64,000 nt of DNA from Caldilineaceae bacterium (GTDB lineage Bacteria; Chloroflexota; Anaerolineae; Caldilineales; Caldilineaceae), in the NCBI GenBank assembly GCA_965221345.1, contig CBDCSD010000001.1:1062455-1126454 (forward strand), in the 5' to 3' direction. Below are positions 19,218 through 29,955 of the stretch, piece by piece. The translations under genes and the position numbers were made by a program. The notes below the pieces were generated by a model, which had not been told where the DNA came from, did no database searches, and worked only from the letters and a program-made list of their open reading frames with translations. Each line of letters opens with the position of its first letter. Positions within the stretch are counted from its first letter, which is position 1.

Positions 19218-20135
19218 TCATTCCTCATCAAATTTCGCTTTACGAATGTACAGCCTGGACTCGGCCGCGAGCTGCTTTTCGTAGCCCTTCCAGGAGTAAG
19301 GATCGACACTGGCCACCGGAAAGACGCGGCGCACATCCGCGCGTGCCACCGGCAGGTCCTCCGCTGTTTTGACCCAGGGCAGCAACGACTCGCTGCTCAA
19401 ATAGTGGCTGACCAGCACGCGGCGGTAACTGGCCTGCGTGCGGTTGCGCATCGACTGGTGCAGAAGATAGCCGTTGAAGAAGACGACGCTGCCTGCCTTG
19501 ACCTCGACCGGAATCTGGGGCGATTCATCGAAACCGGTCGCCATGTCATCGTGCGTGTCGAACTCGTCGGGATTGCCGTGCTTTTGGGTGGGATAGAGAT
19601 AGCCCGCCTGCTGCGAACCCGGAATCACCCACATACAACCGTTTTCAACATACGCATCGTCAATCGCGATCCAGGCGCCGATCAGCGAGCGGTCCCGTGT
19701 TGGAATGTAGTTCTCGTCCTGATGCCAGGACTGTCCCTGGTAACCGGGCGGCTTGATGAAGAGCATCGACTGCATGCACTTTACATTGCCCGACCAGTGC
19801 GCCAGATGCGCGCCGGTGATCTGGCTCAAAACGCCGCTGATGTTGGAGTGGCGCGTATACTTCTCCATCACCGAGCTTACATAATGCGGCTGATGGATGG
19901 CAAGAATCTTGGAGAGCACCTCGTCATCGCTAAGCTCGGCCGCAACCGGCTGGATCGTCTGATTGGGATAACCGCCGCGCGCCAGTTTGATGATGTCACG
20001 CTTCAACTCGTCCAGTTCACCCGCGCTCAGAAGGTCTGGCACAGCCAGATATCCGTTGTCCACATAGAAGTCGACCTGCCCCTGGTCCACCACAACGGGC
20101 ACTTTGATTCGTTCGCTTACCAGCGCATCCGTCAT
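19218..20135 (-). CDS. Phytanoyl-CoA dioxygenase (PhyH) family Fe(II)/2OG oxygenase
   Basis: FYVDNGYLAVPDLLSAGELDELKRDI, SWHQDENY (HxD) and GSVVFFNGYLLHQS. ATG 20135 is preferred because AAGGAG lies 12 nt upstream. Confidence 0.85.
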   Translation of the reverse strand: MTDALVSERIKVPVVVDQGQVDFYVDNGYLAVPDLLSAGELDELKRDIIKLARGGYPNQTIQPVAAELSDDEVLSKILAIHQPHYVSSVMEKYTRHSNISGVLSQITGAHLAHWSGNVKCMQSMLFIKPPGYQGQSWHQDENYIPTRDRSLIGAWIAIDDAYVENGCMWVIPGSQQAGYLYPTQKHGNPDEFDTHDDMATGFDESPQIPVEVKAGSVVFFNGYLLHQSMRNRTQASYRRVLVSHYLSSESLLPWVKTAEDLPVARADVRRVFPVASVDPYSWKGYEKQLAAESRLYIRKAKFDEE

Positions 20136-20224
20136 CGCGTACACAACTCCTTATAGCGTGTATTTCCATTCCTATCTCAAGTTGAACAGTTCTTCGTTAC
20201 CGAAAATGCGTCGCCCCTCACCCT

Positions 20225-21433
20225 TCAATTCAGATCCGCAATCGACTCCTGCACTGCCACAATCGTGTCCTCGATATCCTTCTTGGAATGGGAGAGGGTG
20301 AGGAACATCGGGTGGCCGGGATGCAGGTAGTAGCCGCGCGCCAGGCAACCCTGGAGCATGGCGATGCAGCGATCCTTGTCCTCCTCCTCCATCACCGGAG
20401 TGGGCATAGGACCCGTGCCGGTCAGCCGGTAGCCGAGGCCGCCCTCTTCGCAAGCCGCGTTCACGCCCTCGATCAGGCGATTGCCGATCTTCCACTGGTA
20501 AGCGATACCGTCGCGGCGCTTGACCTCGTTGATGACCGTCTCGATGCAGACCAGGCTGGGCAGATCGCAGTGGAAGGTCGCCGCCATCCAGCTGGACTGA
20601 CACTGCGGCGATCCGAGGATCTCCTTGCGCCCGGCGACGAAACTGCCGGGATAACCGTTGCAGCAGGCTTTGCCGAAGGTTGTCAGATCCGGGGTGACGC
20701 CGTAGTACTCGCCGGCGCCGCCGAAGGCTACACGGAAGCCGACCTTGACCTCGTCGAAAATACAGAGCGCGCCGTAGTTGTGAGCCATATCGACGCAACC
20801 CTGCAGGAAGCCCTCCGGCGGCCCGTCGCCGCGAATCGTCTCCATAATAAGGCAGGCGACCTGGCTGTCATTCTGTTTGAAGCAGTCTTCGATGGCATCG
20901 AGATCGCCGTAGGGAACTTCGATCGTGAGTGGAGCGATTACGGCAGGCGCGCCCTCGTCCTCGGTGCGAGACCAGTCGTGCCAACCGTGATAGCCGCAGC
21001 GGAGGACCTTGTCGCGACCGGTGTAGGCTCTCGCCAGCCGCACCGCCGCCGACGTGGCCGCGCTGCCGCCGATCAGAAATCCGAGCATCTCCACTGCCGG
21101 GATCAGGTCGATCAGCATCTGCGCGACTTCAAGTTCCTTGGGATGCGCTGTGCTGTAGATGGTGCCTTCCTCCATCTGCGCCTGCACTGCCGCGTTGACC
21201 ACAGGGTCGTTGTAGCCGAGCAGGATGGGGCCGAAGCCCATCAGATAGTCCAGATATTCGTTGCCGTCCACGTCCCAGAAGCGGGCGCCGGCCGCGCGCT
21301 GCGTAAAGACGGGATAGCCGAGCGCCAGCATCTCGTGGCTGCGCTTGTGCCCCTGGCACCCGCGCACAATCAACTGGTCGGAGCGGTCAAGCAGGGCCTT
21401 GGACTGTTCGATGTTGTAGGGTTTGACTGGCAT
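20225..21433 (-). CDS. Class III aminotransferase (glutamate-1-semialdehyde aminomutase-like)
   Basis: GARFWDVDGNEYLDYLMGFGPILLGYNDP, GGSAATSAAVRLARAYTGRDK and FDEVKVGFRVAFGGA (PLP lysine context). Start at ATG 21433 with AGGAG upstream. Confidence 0.88.
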   Translation of the reverse strand: MPVKPYNIEQSKALLDRSDQLIVRGCQGHKRSHEMLALGYPVFTQRAAGARFWDVDGNEYLDYLMGFGPILLGYNDPVVNAAVQAQMEEGTIYSTAHPKELEVAQMLIDLIPAVEMLGFLIGGSAATSAAVRLARAYTGRDKVLRCGYHGWHDWSRTEDEGAPAVIAPLTIEVPYGDLDAIEDCFKQNDSQVACLIMETIRGDGPPEGFLQGCVDMAHNYGALCIFDEVKVGFRVAFGGAGEYYGVTPDLTTFGKACCNGYPGSFVAGRKEILGSPQCQSSWMAATFHCDLPSLVCIETVINEVKRRDGIAYQWKIGNRLIEGVNAACEEGGLGYRLTGTGPMPTPVMEEEDKDRCIAMLQGCLARGYYLHPGHPMFLTLSHSKKDIEDTIVAVQESIADLN

Positions 21434-21557
21434 AGCCTTATACTCCTGTTGAGTAGTGCGCAAGGCAAACTGTGAACGCATTCATTATACATTGATTAGG
21501 AAGATCGAGCTGCGCTGTCGCAACCGCGTGGAGGGACGCAGCGCTATCTACTTCTGC

Positions 21558-22373
21558 TTACTTCAGCGCGCCGGCATCTCCGAAGACGATGGGGCAGTAG
21601 CGTGGATCGTCGATGAATGTGGTTAGCCCCTGGCGGACATCATCCTTCGGGCGGGACTTCTCCGTGCGCATGTGAACGGCGAAACTGCGTCGCGGCTGCG
21701 AGGACAGGTTGGGGGCGCTGCCGTGAAATGTCAGCTTCTGATGAAAGCTGGCGCTGCCCGGCGGCAAGATGGCAGGCTCCTCTTGCCACTCCTGATTTTG
21801 CTCAGCCCGAATGGCGTCGCGCAGGGCTTCGTAATCCTGAGAAAAGAAGTCGCTCTTGGTGGACAAGCCCCACTTGTGGGAACCGACCACGAAGTTCATC
21901 GGGCCACAGTCAGGGGCGACATCGCTCAGCGCAACCCAGGCCGTGAACAACTCGCTGTCATCTTCCCAGATACTCCAGTAGTTGTAGTCCTGGTGCCAGC
22001 CAACATGGGTTCGGACCTGGTCACCGGCAACCGCCGGCGGCTTATACAACAGTTGCACCCACCATACTTGCACTGCTTCTGCGCCAGTGATCTCGGCCGC
22101 TTTTGCCCCCAAACCAGGGTGTGAGACAACCTCCATAATGGCCTGGCTGGCGATCTGTGGCATCTCGATTTTGCAGAGCGAGTCGGGATCGTCACCAGGC
22201 GTCCAGGACGAAGGGCGCGGCGGAATGCCCGTATCATACTTACCCGCCCTCAATGCGTCCATGCCAGCTATGGCCGGTTCCACGACGTCCGCCGGTACCA
22301 GCGGCTCCGGGCAGATGTAGAAGCCATCGTCCTGATAACGCTCCCGAGCCAAGACAATCTCATCGACCTTCAT
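21558..22373 (-). CDS. PhyH family Fe(II)/2OG oxygenase
   Basis: YQDDGFYICPEPL, GWHQDYNYW and GSASFHQKLTFHGSAPN. Start at ATG 22373 with GGAGGA upstream. Confidence 0.82.
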   Translation of the reverse strand: MKVDEIVLARERYQDDGFYICPEPLVPADVVEPAIAGMDALRAGKYDTGIPPRPSSWTPGDDPDSLCKIEMPQIASQAIMEVVSHPGLGAKAAEITGAEAVQVWWVQLLYKPPAVAGDQVRTHVGWHQDYNYWSIWEDDSELFTAWVALSDVAPDCGPMNFVVGSHKWGLSTKSDFFSQDYEALRDAIRAEQNQEWQEEPAILPPGSASFHQKLTFHGSAPNLSSQPRRSFAVHMRTEKSRPKDDVRQGLTTFIDDPRYCPIVFGDAGALK

Positions 22374-22526
22374 CCTGTGTCCTCCTGAGGTGTTCAATCC
22401 AATACACTTGTGACGGAAAGTGCAATATGCCAGGTGCGGGCGAGACGCAATCGACAATTAGGCGCCTCGCCTTCTCTTACGCTACACGCATTTGGGAAAA
22501 CGGCAAGTTTTCAAATCGAGGGCAGA

Positions 22527-23393
22527 TCAGGTTCCTTGTAGTCCAGTCAAGGTAATGCCCTGTATGAAGGTGCGCTGTACCAGATAGAAGATAACAATGA
22601 TGGGTACGGTAAGTGCGGTCGAGGCCGCCATCAGCAGATGGAACTCCGTATCGTGCTCGGAATGGAACATCTGCAGCCCGACAGCAATCGTGAACATATC
22701 GCTATCTCTCAGGTAGAGCAGTGGTCCAAGGAAGTCCGACCAGCTGCTCAGAAACTGGAAGAGGACAACGGTTGCCAGCGCCGGCTTCGTCAGGGGCAGG
22801 ATCAGTTGCAAGTAGATGCGCGGCTCGGATGCCCCGTCGATTCGGGCGGCGTCGGTCAACTCACCAGGAATCGTCATGAAGAACTGTCGTAGTAAAAAGA
22901 TATAAAAGGGAACACCGAAGAAAAGAGGCAATACGAGCGGCAGATAGGTGTTAATCCAGCCAATCCTGGCAAAGAGAACATAGAGGGGAAGCATCGTAAC
23001 CGGAAAAGGAATCATGATCGTCATCAGCATCACTACGAAGAGGACATCCCGCCCCGGCCAGTTGATATGCGAGAATCCATACGCTACCATTGGACAAGAG
23101 ATCAGTACGCCAACGATAGAGCCGAGCGTGATCACCATCGTGTTGCCTACGTAGCGAAAGAACGGAATGTATGTCACGGCCTCCTCGTAGTTTTGCCAGC
23201 GGAATGTGTCGGGAAACCAGCCGGGCGGCCATTTCATCAACTCCACGGGCGCCTTCAACGAAGTCATGAGCATCCAGAAAAAGGGAAGTATGAACATGAC
23301 CGATATGGTCAGAAGGATGGCAAGCAAGAGGGAGCGCGTGAACAGGACGGTCCAGTTCATTTCAGGCGCGGACGTGTCCGTTTTTGATAGCAT
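22527..23393 (-). CDS. Carbohydrate ABC transporter permease
   Basis: 288 aa with DAARIDGASEPRIYLQLILPL. Confidence 0.88.
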   Translation of the reverse strand: MLSKTDTSAPEMNWTVLFTRSLLLAILLTISVMFILPFFWMLMTSLKAPVELMKWPPGWFPDTFRWQNYEEAVTYIPFFRYVGNTMVITLGSIVGVLISCPMVAYGFSHINWPGRDVLFVVMLMTIMIPFPVTMLPLYVLFARIGWINTYLPLVLPLFFGVPFYIFLLRQFFMTIPGELTDAARIDGASEPRIYLQLILPLTKPALATVVLFQFLSSWSDFLGPLLYLRDSDMFTIAVGLQMFHSEHDTEFHLLMAASTALTVPIIVIFYLVQRTFIQGITLTGLQGT

Positions 23394-23468
23394 GGCAATG
23401 TGGGATGGTTGCAGCCCTGCGCGGCGGCGGGACTTGACCGGGTGGCCTCCTGATTTGGCGCCGGCGCG

Positions 23469-24401
23469 TTAGGTATCTGTCGTCGTCCCTCTCTCGCCGC
23501 CGCTGTAATGAACCCATCCAGAAGTGCGAAAGATGACCAAAGTACAGGCGAGAATAATCAGAAACAGTATCCAGGCCATTCCGCTGGCATGACCCATTCT
23601 CATATAAACAAAGGCTTGACGATAAAGATACATCACGTAGAAAAGCAGCGACTTGGCCGGCTGTCCACTGCCTCCTGTCATGACGTGCGGAGCCGTGAAT
23701 ATCTGGAAAATCGCAATGATCGAAATGACAAGCTGGAAGAAAATAACCGGGGTGAGCAGTGGTATCGTCACATGGCGGGTTTTTTGGCCAACGCCGGCGC
23801 CGTCGATCTCGGCGGCTTCATAAAGCGACTGGGGAATATCCTGCAAGCCCGCCAAAAATATGACTACTCCATAACCAACGGTCCATAGCGACATCAGCAG
23901 AAGAGTGGGTTTGGACCAGTCTTCGTCGGTAAGCCAGCCAGGCCCGTTGATGCCGAAAAGCTCCCACAGCAGCCCGTTTACGACGCCAAACTGGGGGTTG
24001 AACAGCCATAGCCACATGATGGCCAGCGCCACGCTAGGCACCAGCGTAGGAACGAAAATGATGGTGCGAAAGACCGATTCTCCCAGCACCTTCTGATTGA
24101 GGAGAAGGGCAAGCCCGAAACCAACCGCAATCGACGTGGGTACGCTCAGCAGTGCAAAGATGACCGTATTGGAGAGGCTCTTGGAAAACAGAGCGTCGTC
24201 GAAGAGCATGTCGGCGTAGTTTTCGAGACCCACCCATTTCGGCGGCGACATGATGTCGTAGTCGGTCATACTAAAGACCAAAGAAGCGCCGATCGGATAG
24301 GCCGTAAAACATATCAAGCCGATGAGCCAAGGGGAGATGAAAATGAGTCCCCACATCAGCTTGCGGCGCACGATCTTGCTTTCCCGGACCGACTTTAACA
24401 C
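23469..24401 (-). CDS. Sugar ABC transporter permease
   Basis: 310 aa with EAAEIDGAGVGQKTRHVTIPLL. Confidence 0.88.
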   Translation of the reverse strand: MLKSVRESKIVRRKLMWGLIFISPWLIGLICFTAYPIGASLVFSMTDYDIMSPPKWVGLENYADMLFDDALFSKSLSNTVIFALLSVPTSIAVGFGLALLLNQKVLGESVFRTIIFVPTLVPSVALAIMWLWLFNPQFGVVNGLLWELFGINGPGWLTDEDWSKPTLLLMSLWTVGYGVVIFLAGLQDIPQSLYEAAEIDGAGVGQKTRHVTIPLLTPVIFFQLVISIIAIFQIFTAPHVMTGGSGQPAKSLLFYVMYLYRQAFVYMRMGHASGMAWILFLIILACTLVIFRTSGWVHYSGGERGTTTDT

Positions 24402-24434
24402 GAACTTTTCCTTTCCCTATGAAGGAGGGGGGGC

Positions 24435-24475
24435 AGAGAGAAGTGAGACAGCGCCTCTCATTCTCACTCCTCTCT
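24435..24475 (-). promoter_or_regulatory. GA-rich intercistronic stem-loop after the binding-protein gene
   Basis: AGAGAGAAGTGAGA pairs with TCTCACTCCTCTCT (13 of 14). It is followed by CTCACTTTTCG, an 11-mer also found at 53504-53514. Confidence 0.5.
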
Positions 24476-24525
24476 ACTCACTTTTCGGAGATTTTACACG
24501 CCTCTTCCCGTGCAGCGTTCCTTGG

Positions 24526-25869
24526 CTACAGGTATTCCTGCAACTCTTCGTTGAGTCTGGCGTTCAGATCATCCAGCGCCTCTTGCACATCCACCTTGTC
24601 GTGCATGATATCGTCGAATGCGTCACTCAGGCCCGCCCATGCCATATCACTCATCGGCGTCGGCGGCATGATGCCGGCAAAGGGCAAGGTATCGACGAAG
24701 AAGCTCATCGCCGGGTTTTCGCGGAACGCGGGGCTCTCACCATGCTCGATGTAAGGCGAGAAATTCGACCTGCCCAGATTGTAGGCTTCGATGTTGTCAC
24801 GCTGTGCCAGCCAGTTCAGAGCCCTGAACGAGTCGTCCAGGTAGCCTACGCCACGGGGGATGGCCCAACTCCAGCCACTGGTCCAGGTGGCTTCTTGCCC
24901 GCCCTCGCGCGGGTAAGGAATCCAGCTGGCGCCATATTCCATGTCAGGGGCATATTTCCTGAAGTTGGAGATCATCCAGTTGCCGTTGATCATCATCGGC
25001 ACCACGCCCATGATGAACGGATCCTGGGCCTGCGCACCGAACGCTTCGGTAAAGGAAGTGATCACATTGATGCCGCCGTACTGGTCTCGCCACTCCCTCA
25101 TCCATTCCCACAGGGCCACTACTTGCGGATGGTTCACGGTCAGCTCAAGTGTATCGGGATTCATGAATTGGGCTCCCCAACTGAATCCCCAGGTGTAAAT
25201 CCAGCGGCCCTGGAAGGCCCACGGGATGAAGCCGATCGATTCGTAGCGCTCTCCGGTTTTACTCGTCAGCGCCTCCGCAGCCACAGCAATCTCATCGATG
25301 TGGGTGGGCGGGCTATCTGGATCGAGACCGGCCTCTCGGAACAGGTCCTTTCTGTAGTAGAGGACGCGTCCGTCCATCGAGTAGAGGAAAGCATACCACT
25401 TGCCTTTCCACAAGTTCTGGTCGTTGACCGCCTTGTAGAATAGGCCGGTGGTGAGGTCGGCCGCGCTCATCCTGTCTGTAAGATCGATCAGGGCTTCGTT
25501 TTCCGCCCACAGCGGCACCGAGGCCGGTTCAAAATCGACCAGGTCCGGTGGAATTCCTGCGGCGATGTCGGCCATGAGCGCCTCTGATGCCAGCGTACCT
25601 GCAGTACGCGCCGCGCCCCAGGTATACTCCAGACGTAGATCCGGGTTTTCCTCGTTGAATTGGACTATCAGGTTCCTCTTCAATTCTCCGACCAGGCCCG
25701 AAGGGGCGTGAACACCCGCGTACTCAAGCTGGACGATTTCGGGTCTGACAGGAACGGCGGTCACCTCTACCTCGACGGTCGTTGGCACGGCACAGGCAGC
25801 CAGTGCCGCAGCGCCCATGCTCCCAGCTCCAATGCGCAGAAAGTCCCGGCGTGAAAGCTTCTTCCTCAT
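24526..25869 (-). CDS. Extracellular solute-binding protein (CUT1 sugar ABC)
   Basis: 447 aa with MRKKLSRRDFLRIGAGSMGAAALAACAVP. Confidence 0.88.
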   Translation of the reverse strand: MRKKLSRRDFLRIGAGSMGAAALAACAVPTTVEVEVTAVPVRPEIVQLEYAGVHAPSGLVGELKRNLIVQFNEENPDLRLEYTWGAARTAGTLASEALMADIAAGIPPDLVDFEPASVPLWAENEALIDLTDRMSAADLTTGLFYKAVNDQNLWKGKWYAFLYSMDGRVLYYRKDLFREAGLDPDSPPTHIDEIAVAAEALTSKTGERYESIGFIPWAFQGRWIYTWGFSWGAQFMNPDTLELTVNHPQVVALWEWMREWRDQYGGINVITSFTEAFGAQAQDPFIMGVVPMMINGNWMISNFRKYAPDMEYGASWIPYPREGGQEATWTSGWSWAIPRGVGYLDDSFRALNWLAQRDNIEAYNLGRSNFSPYIEHGESPAFRENPAMSFFVDTLPFAGIMPPTPMSDMAWAGLSDAFDDIMHDKVDVQEALDDLNARLNEELQEYL

Positions 25870-26494
25870 TTTGCGCTTCTCCTTTCCAATGGCGGGGCAG
25901 ATTCGATTGCTGCCGGTTTGACTGATTTATCTCGAAGCGTTTTCTACGGAGTCACCTCCTTTGTTCTGCAAACGGGCGTTTGCGAACGAAGGTAGTACCA
26001 ACTGCAGCGATTCACGAATAGGGCGTTCAAATGGCAGTTATGGCCTTTCCGCTTGATGAAGTGGACAAGAACAGGTCGAATGCCTAAGCCTCAGCCTGGA
26101 GATCGATGCGGAAAGTCTCGGAGTAGGTATGAGTCTAGGCAAAGTATACATCGCTTTTAAGTTGAGGCAAACGCAGAAAAATTTAGGGGTGGCAGGTTAA
26201 ACTCTGGTTCGTTCCAGGAGGAGATTGGAGGCGCCGTGACTGCTTGGGTCCGCTGAAGGCAATTGCGTGGGCAGTTTAGCGTTGTGGAGCGGTGAAAACG
26301 ACCAGGAACGGCATCGTGGCAGTATGCGATTTACCTGGTTCGAGGTAACGACTCAGCCAGAGTCAATTCGCGACCATTGAGGTAAACTGCGCCCTGGCGT
26401 TTCGGGCGCGCTCTCCCAAAGGGCAACCGCGACCTGGAGTGAGGGGTGCGAAGAGGTGTCAATCTTCCCACCCCTCTCCACGCACTCCTCGCCT

Positions 26495-27682
26495 TCAGAC
26501 GCCTGCCAACCGCAGCGCCTCCAGCGTCTCGTAGCAGGCGCCCAGCGGGTGGTAGTCGGTCTTGGAAGGCGGGCTCTTGAGATCGTCGTATTTCTGATTG
26601 TTGGCATCCAGGATCCGGTACCATCCGCCGTACTCGTGATCGACGAAATGCTTGTCGGAGTAGGTCCATGCCTTGTCGTACCAATCCCAATAGCTGTCAT
26701 CGCCGGTGCGCAGCGCCAACGCCGCCGCGGCCGCAAATGTTTCCGACAGCACCCAGTAGTAGCGGTCGCGGTCGAGGATGGTGCCGTCCGGCGCGAAGGT
26801 GTAGTGCATGCCGCCGTTCTCGTCGTCCCAGCTTTTCTCGAGCGCGACGTCGAAGAGGTGGCGGGCGCGCGGCAGCATCCACTCCTCCGGCCGGTAGCGT
26901 TCCAGGATCAGCAGCAGCTTGGACCACTCGGTGAAGTGGCCGGGCAGGTAACCGTAGGGCTTGAACAGGTTCTGGGGATCGTCCTTGTTGTAGTCCCAGT
27001 CATGGCTCCAGTCGGTGCGGTAATGTTCCCAGACGAGCCCGTCCGCCTTATCTGCCATGTCGACGCAGATGCGCCGCGCCAGCAGGTGGGCGCGGTCAAG
27101 GTAACGGGATTCGCTGGTTGCCTCGTACGCGCAGAGCATCGCCTCGCACATGTGCATGTTGGCGTTCTGGCCGCGGTAGGGATCGATCGCGTTCCAGTCG
27201 CCGTCAGCGATCAGGTCGGCATAGAGCTGCGCGTCCGGCTCCCAGAAGCGCGTTTCCAGCAGTTCGTAAACTTCTGAGGCGAACGCGGCCGCGCCGTCAA
27301 CCCCGGCCTTGGCCGCGGCCGCCGCCGCCAGCAGCACGAAGGCGTGCCCGTAGCAGTGGCGGTCACCGTCCTCCACCTCCCGGCCATGCAGCACCCACGC
27401 GAATCCGCCGTCAGCCTGCCGGTGCATTTCCTGGAGACAGCGCAGCCCATGCGCGGCCGCGTCCCGGTAGGCAGGCTCCTCCAGCGCCAGTGACGCCATC
27501 GAGTAGCAGTAAACAAACCGGCAGGTACCTACCAGGTGCTTAGTCATGCGGTCAAAGACCGAGCCGTCGTCGCGCATCTGGTTGACGAAGCCACCGTACT
27601 CTTCGTCGATACAGGTGGGATGGTAAAAGGCGACGATACTGCCAATGTGATTTCGCAGGAAGTCGGCATCACGGTATGACAT
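26495..27682 (-). CDS. AGE-family epimerase/isomerase (N-acylglucosamine 2-epimerase / cellobiose-mannose epimerase-like)
   Basis: FYHPTCIDEEYGGFVNQ.., KHLVGTCRFVYCYS and HCYGHAFVLLA. Start at ATG 27682 (AGGAGA upstream), which avoids overlap with the upstream gene. Confidence 0.82.
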   Translation of the reverse strand: MSYRDADFLRNHIGSIVAFYHPTCIDEEYGGFVNQMRDDGSVFDRMTKHLVGTCRFVYCYSMASLALEEPAYRDAAAHGLRCLQEMHRQADGGFAWVLHGREVEDGDRHCYGHAFVLLAAAAAAKAGVDGAAAFASEVYELLETRFWEPDAQLYADLIADGDWNAIDPYRGQNANMHMCEAMLCAYEATSESRYLDRAHLLARRICVDMADKADGLVWEHYRTDWSHDWDYNKDDPQNLFKPYGYLPGHFTEWSKLLLILERYRPEEWMLPRARHLFDVALEKSWDDENGGMHYTFAPDGTILDRDRYYWVLSETFAAAAALALRTGDDSYWDWYDKAWTYSDKHFVDHEYGGWYRILDANNQKYDDLKSPPSKTDYHPLGACYETLEALRLAGV

Positions 27683-27738
27683 CTCTGTTTCTCCTATCTG
27701 CGTGTTTGCGGTAGGGTCCCCGGCACTGGAAGCCTCCC

Positions 27739-29676
27739 TCAAATCCAAGGTCCCCAGGGATCACATTTCTGCAGCCGTTCACCCAGAGCGGCGTAAATAT
27801 CGGGCAAGTCGAAGGTCGCCAGGCAGTTCTCTAACATGGTCGAGAAAGGCCAGTTGTGCAAGGGGTTGTCGATCAGCAACTGGTAGCTCGGCAGATAGTG
27901 GACAAGCTCACATGTCGGCTGAGAAGCGTGCAAAAGAGCAGCCAGCGCGACCGGTACCGAGCCGACGCCGCGGCCAATCAGATGTACCTCTGCGCCGCCG
28001 TCCACCAGGCAGTCGATCGTGCGTATCAGGTCCAGCATCCGGCGTCCAAGATAACTCTCGCCCATCATGCTGCCAAAGCTGGCATAGAGATAGTCGGCCC
28101 CGTAGGGTTCGAGCAGGTCGCTGGAACCGCAGGACGCGGGGAAGCTCTGGCCTGTCCCGCGCAGGTCGGCGGCCAGTATGCGCTGCCCCTCGCTCAGACT
28201 CCGCTGCAGCCAGGGCAGCGTGGCGCAATCCTCTTCGCTGGAAAGATGGCCGGCGTATAGAGAGACGGGCCCCCGCGGCCGGCGGCACTGGTTTTCCAGG
28301 TCGCCGAACATGGTCAGTATGACCTGAATGCCCGGTTCGCTTTCCACTGCGAATTGATAGCCCTTTCCAGTCGCTGCGTCCTGCCCGCCGCTGCGCCGCA
28401 GGTAGCGGAAGTGGGGCGCCGTGTCCGGCGCCTGTATCTGTAAGAGCCTGCTTACAGCTTCCTGTAGGCCCGAGTATTCAAGGAGGGGGCGTTGCGCTAT
28501 CAGTTCTTTGGCCCGCGCTTGCGTGAAGCCGAAGATCTTTTTACTGCCGAACGGGACCACCTCCCCTTCGGCGGCGTTGAGCTGCGTCTCCGCGATCTCC
28601 TCCATAGGAGCTTCCTGGCACTCGACGTCCAGCCCGGCATGTTTGATGAAGAAGCCGTACATCGCTTCGCGTGCATGTTTGTGAAAGCCGTGATCAAGGT
28701 GGCCGACGCTGATTTCAGCGGAATCAGGCGAACCCAGCAGGGTATGGATCTTTTTCACTTCGGCGTGCGCCTGGCGCGCGCCGCGCAGGTCGAAATAGCA
28801 GTTTTCCTCGGCCAGTATCATCGTGGGACGCGGCGCATAGGCCAGCAGCAGGTCTGCTTCGTCCAGGCCAAACGCCAGCGCCCGCGGCGGGTTCTGTTCG
28901 GCGTCAGCCGGCAGTTCATTTTCGAGGTTGCACAGCCAGCTGGTGATGAAGCAGTCCGGCGCCGCCATCGTGATGCGCGGGTCGAGGGCCGTCAACTGTG
29001 TGGTCTGGGTTCCGCCGCCGGAGCAGCCGGTGACGCCGACTCGGCTCGTGTCCGTCTCCGGCCGCTCCAGCAGATAGTCGAGGCCGCGGATGGCATCCCA
29101 GGCGAACCAACTGCCAATAAAGTCGCCGGTCAGCAACATGCGGTTGCCGATCATATTGTGGGCAACCGTCGAGCGGGGGCCTGATTCCCCTTCGGGCACG
29201 CCCTCCTCGGCGTAGAACTGGCGCCGCTCGCCCTGCGAAACGGGGTCTACAATCAGGACGGCGAAGCCCTTGCTGGCCAGCCCGCGGGCGAAGAACTGGT
29301 AGGGCCCATAAGCTTTTCCGTTTTCGGAATGGCCGCAAAGCCCGAGGACGCAGGGCAGTTCGGCGTCAAAATGCGCCGGCAAGAAAAGGTTTGCGCTGAC
29401 GAGAAAACCGGGCCGGCTCTCATAGACGATCTTTTCCAGGCGGATTTCTCCGAGATCCGACGTACCCGTTGTCCGCGCATTGAGGTCTGTTCTGGCTGGC
29501 AATGCGGGGAAGCAGCGCGCAGCCTTCGCGCGCACGTCGTCCACGTATGCCTGGGCCGCCGCCCGCGTCTGGATGGCGGCCAGCCTGTCGGCCCGCTCCT
29601 GCAAAATTCTGCGTACGCGGCCGACCGTGTACTCGTGGACCATATGGCCGTAACGATTATTGTGCATAGATTGCAT
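27739..29676 (-). CDS. Alpha/beta hydrolase (acetyl-xylan-esterase / dienelactone-hydrolase-like), 645 aa
   Basis: Nucleophile elbow VGVTGCSGGG (GxSxG) preceded by LCGHSENG. Confidence 0.7.
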   Translation of the reverse strand: MQSMHNNRYGHMVHEYTVGRVRRILQERADRLAAIQTRAAAQAYVDDVRAKAARCFPALPARTDLNARTTGTSDLGEIRLEKIVYESRPGFLVSANLFLPAHFDAELPCVLGLCGHSENGKAYGPYQFFARGLASKGFAVLIVDPVSQGERRQFYAEEGVPEGESGPRSTVAHNMIGNRMLLTGDFIGSWFAWDAIRGLDYLLERPETDTSRVGVTGCSGGGTQTTQLTALDPRITMAAPDCFITSWLCNLENELPADAEQNPPRALAFGLDEADLLLAYAPRPTMILAEENCYFDLRGARQAHAEVKKIHTLLGSPDSAEISVGHLDHGFHKHAREAMYGFFIKHAGLDVECQEAPMEEIAETQLNAAEGEVVPFGSKKIFGFTQARAKELIAQRPLLEYSGLQEAVSRLLQIQAPDTAPHFRYLRRSGGQDAATGKGYQFAVESEPGIQVILTMFGDLENQCRRPRGPVSLYAGHLSSEEDCATLPWLQRSLSEGQRILAADLRGTGQSFPASCGSSDLLEPYGADYLYASFGSMMGESYLGRRMLDLIRTIDCLVDGGAEVHLIGRGVGSVPVALAALLHASQPTCELVHYLPSYQLLIDNPLHNWPFSTMLENCLATFDLPDIYAALGERLQKCDPWGPWI

Positions 29677-29955
29677 CCTATGGAGTGTAAAGTTGAAAAC
29701 AGTTTATCCCTCAATGCCGCTCATCGCAACCCCTTGAACGAGCTTCTCCTTCCAGAACTCTGTCGCGATCAAGCCGGCAATAGCACGATGATCGAGGCAG
29801 ACTGGCCAAGTAAAAAAATGTCAGGAAGGAGCGGCAAACCAAGTGAAGTTTGAGCTATAGACCGGCTCTAGGAAGTTGCGACGGTAACCGCGACCCATGG
29901 TATGGCCCCCCCAGTCTGGATTTCAAGCTAGTAAAGAATGGACTGTAGAGATGTC

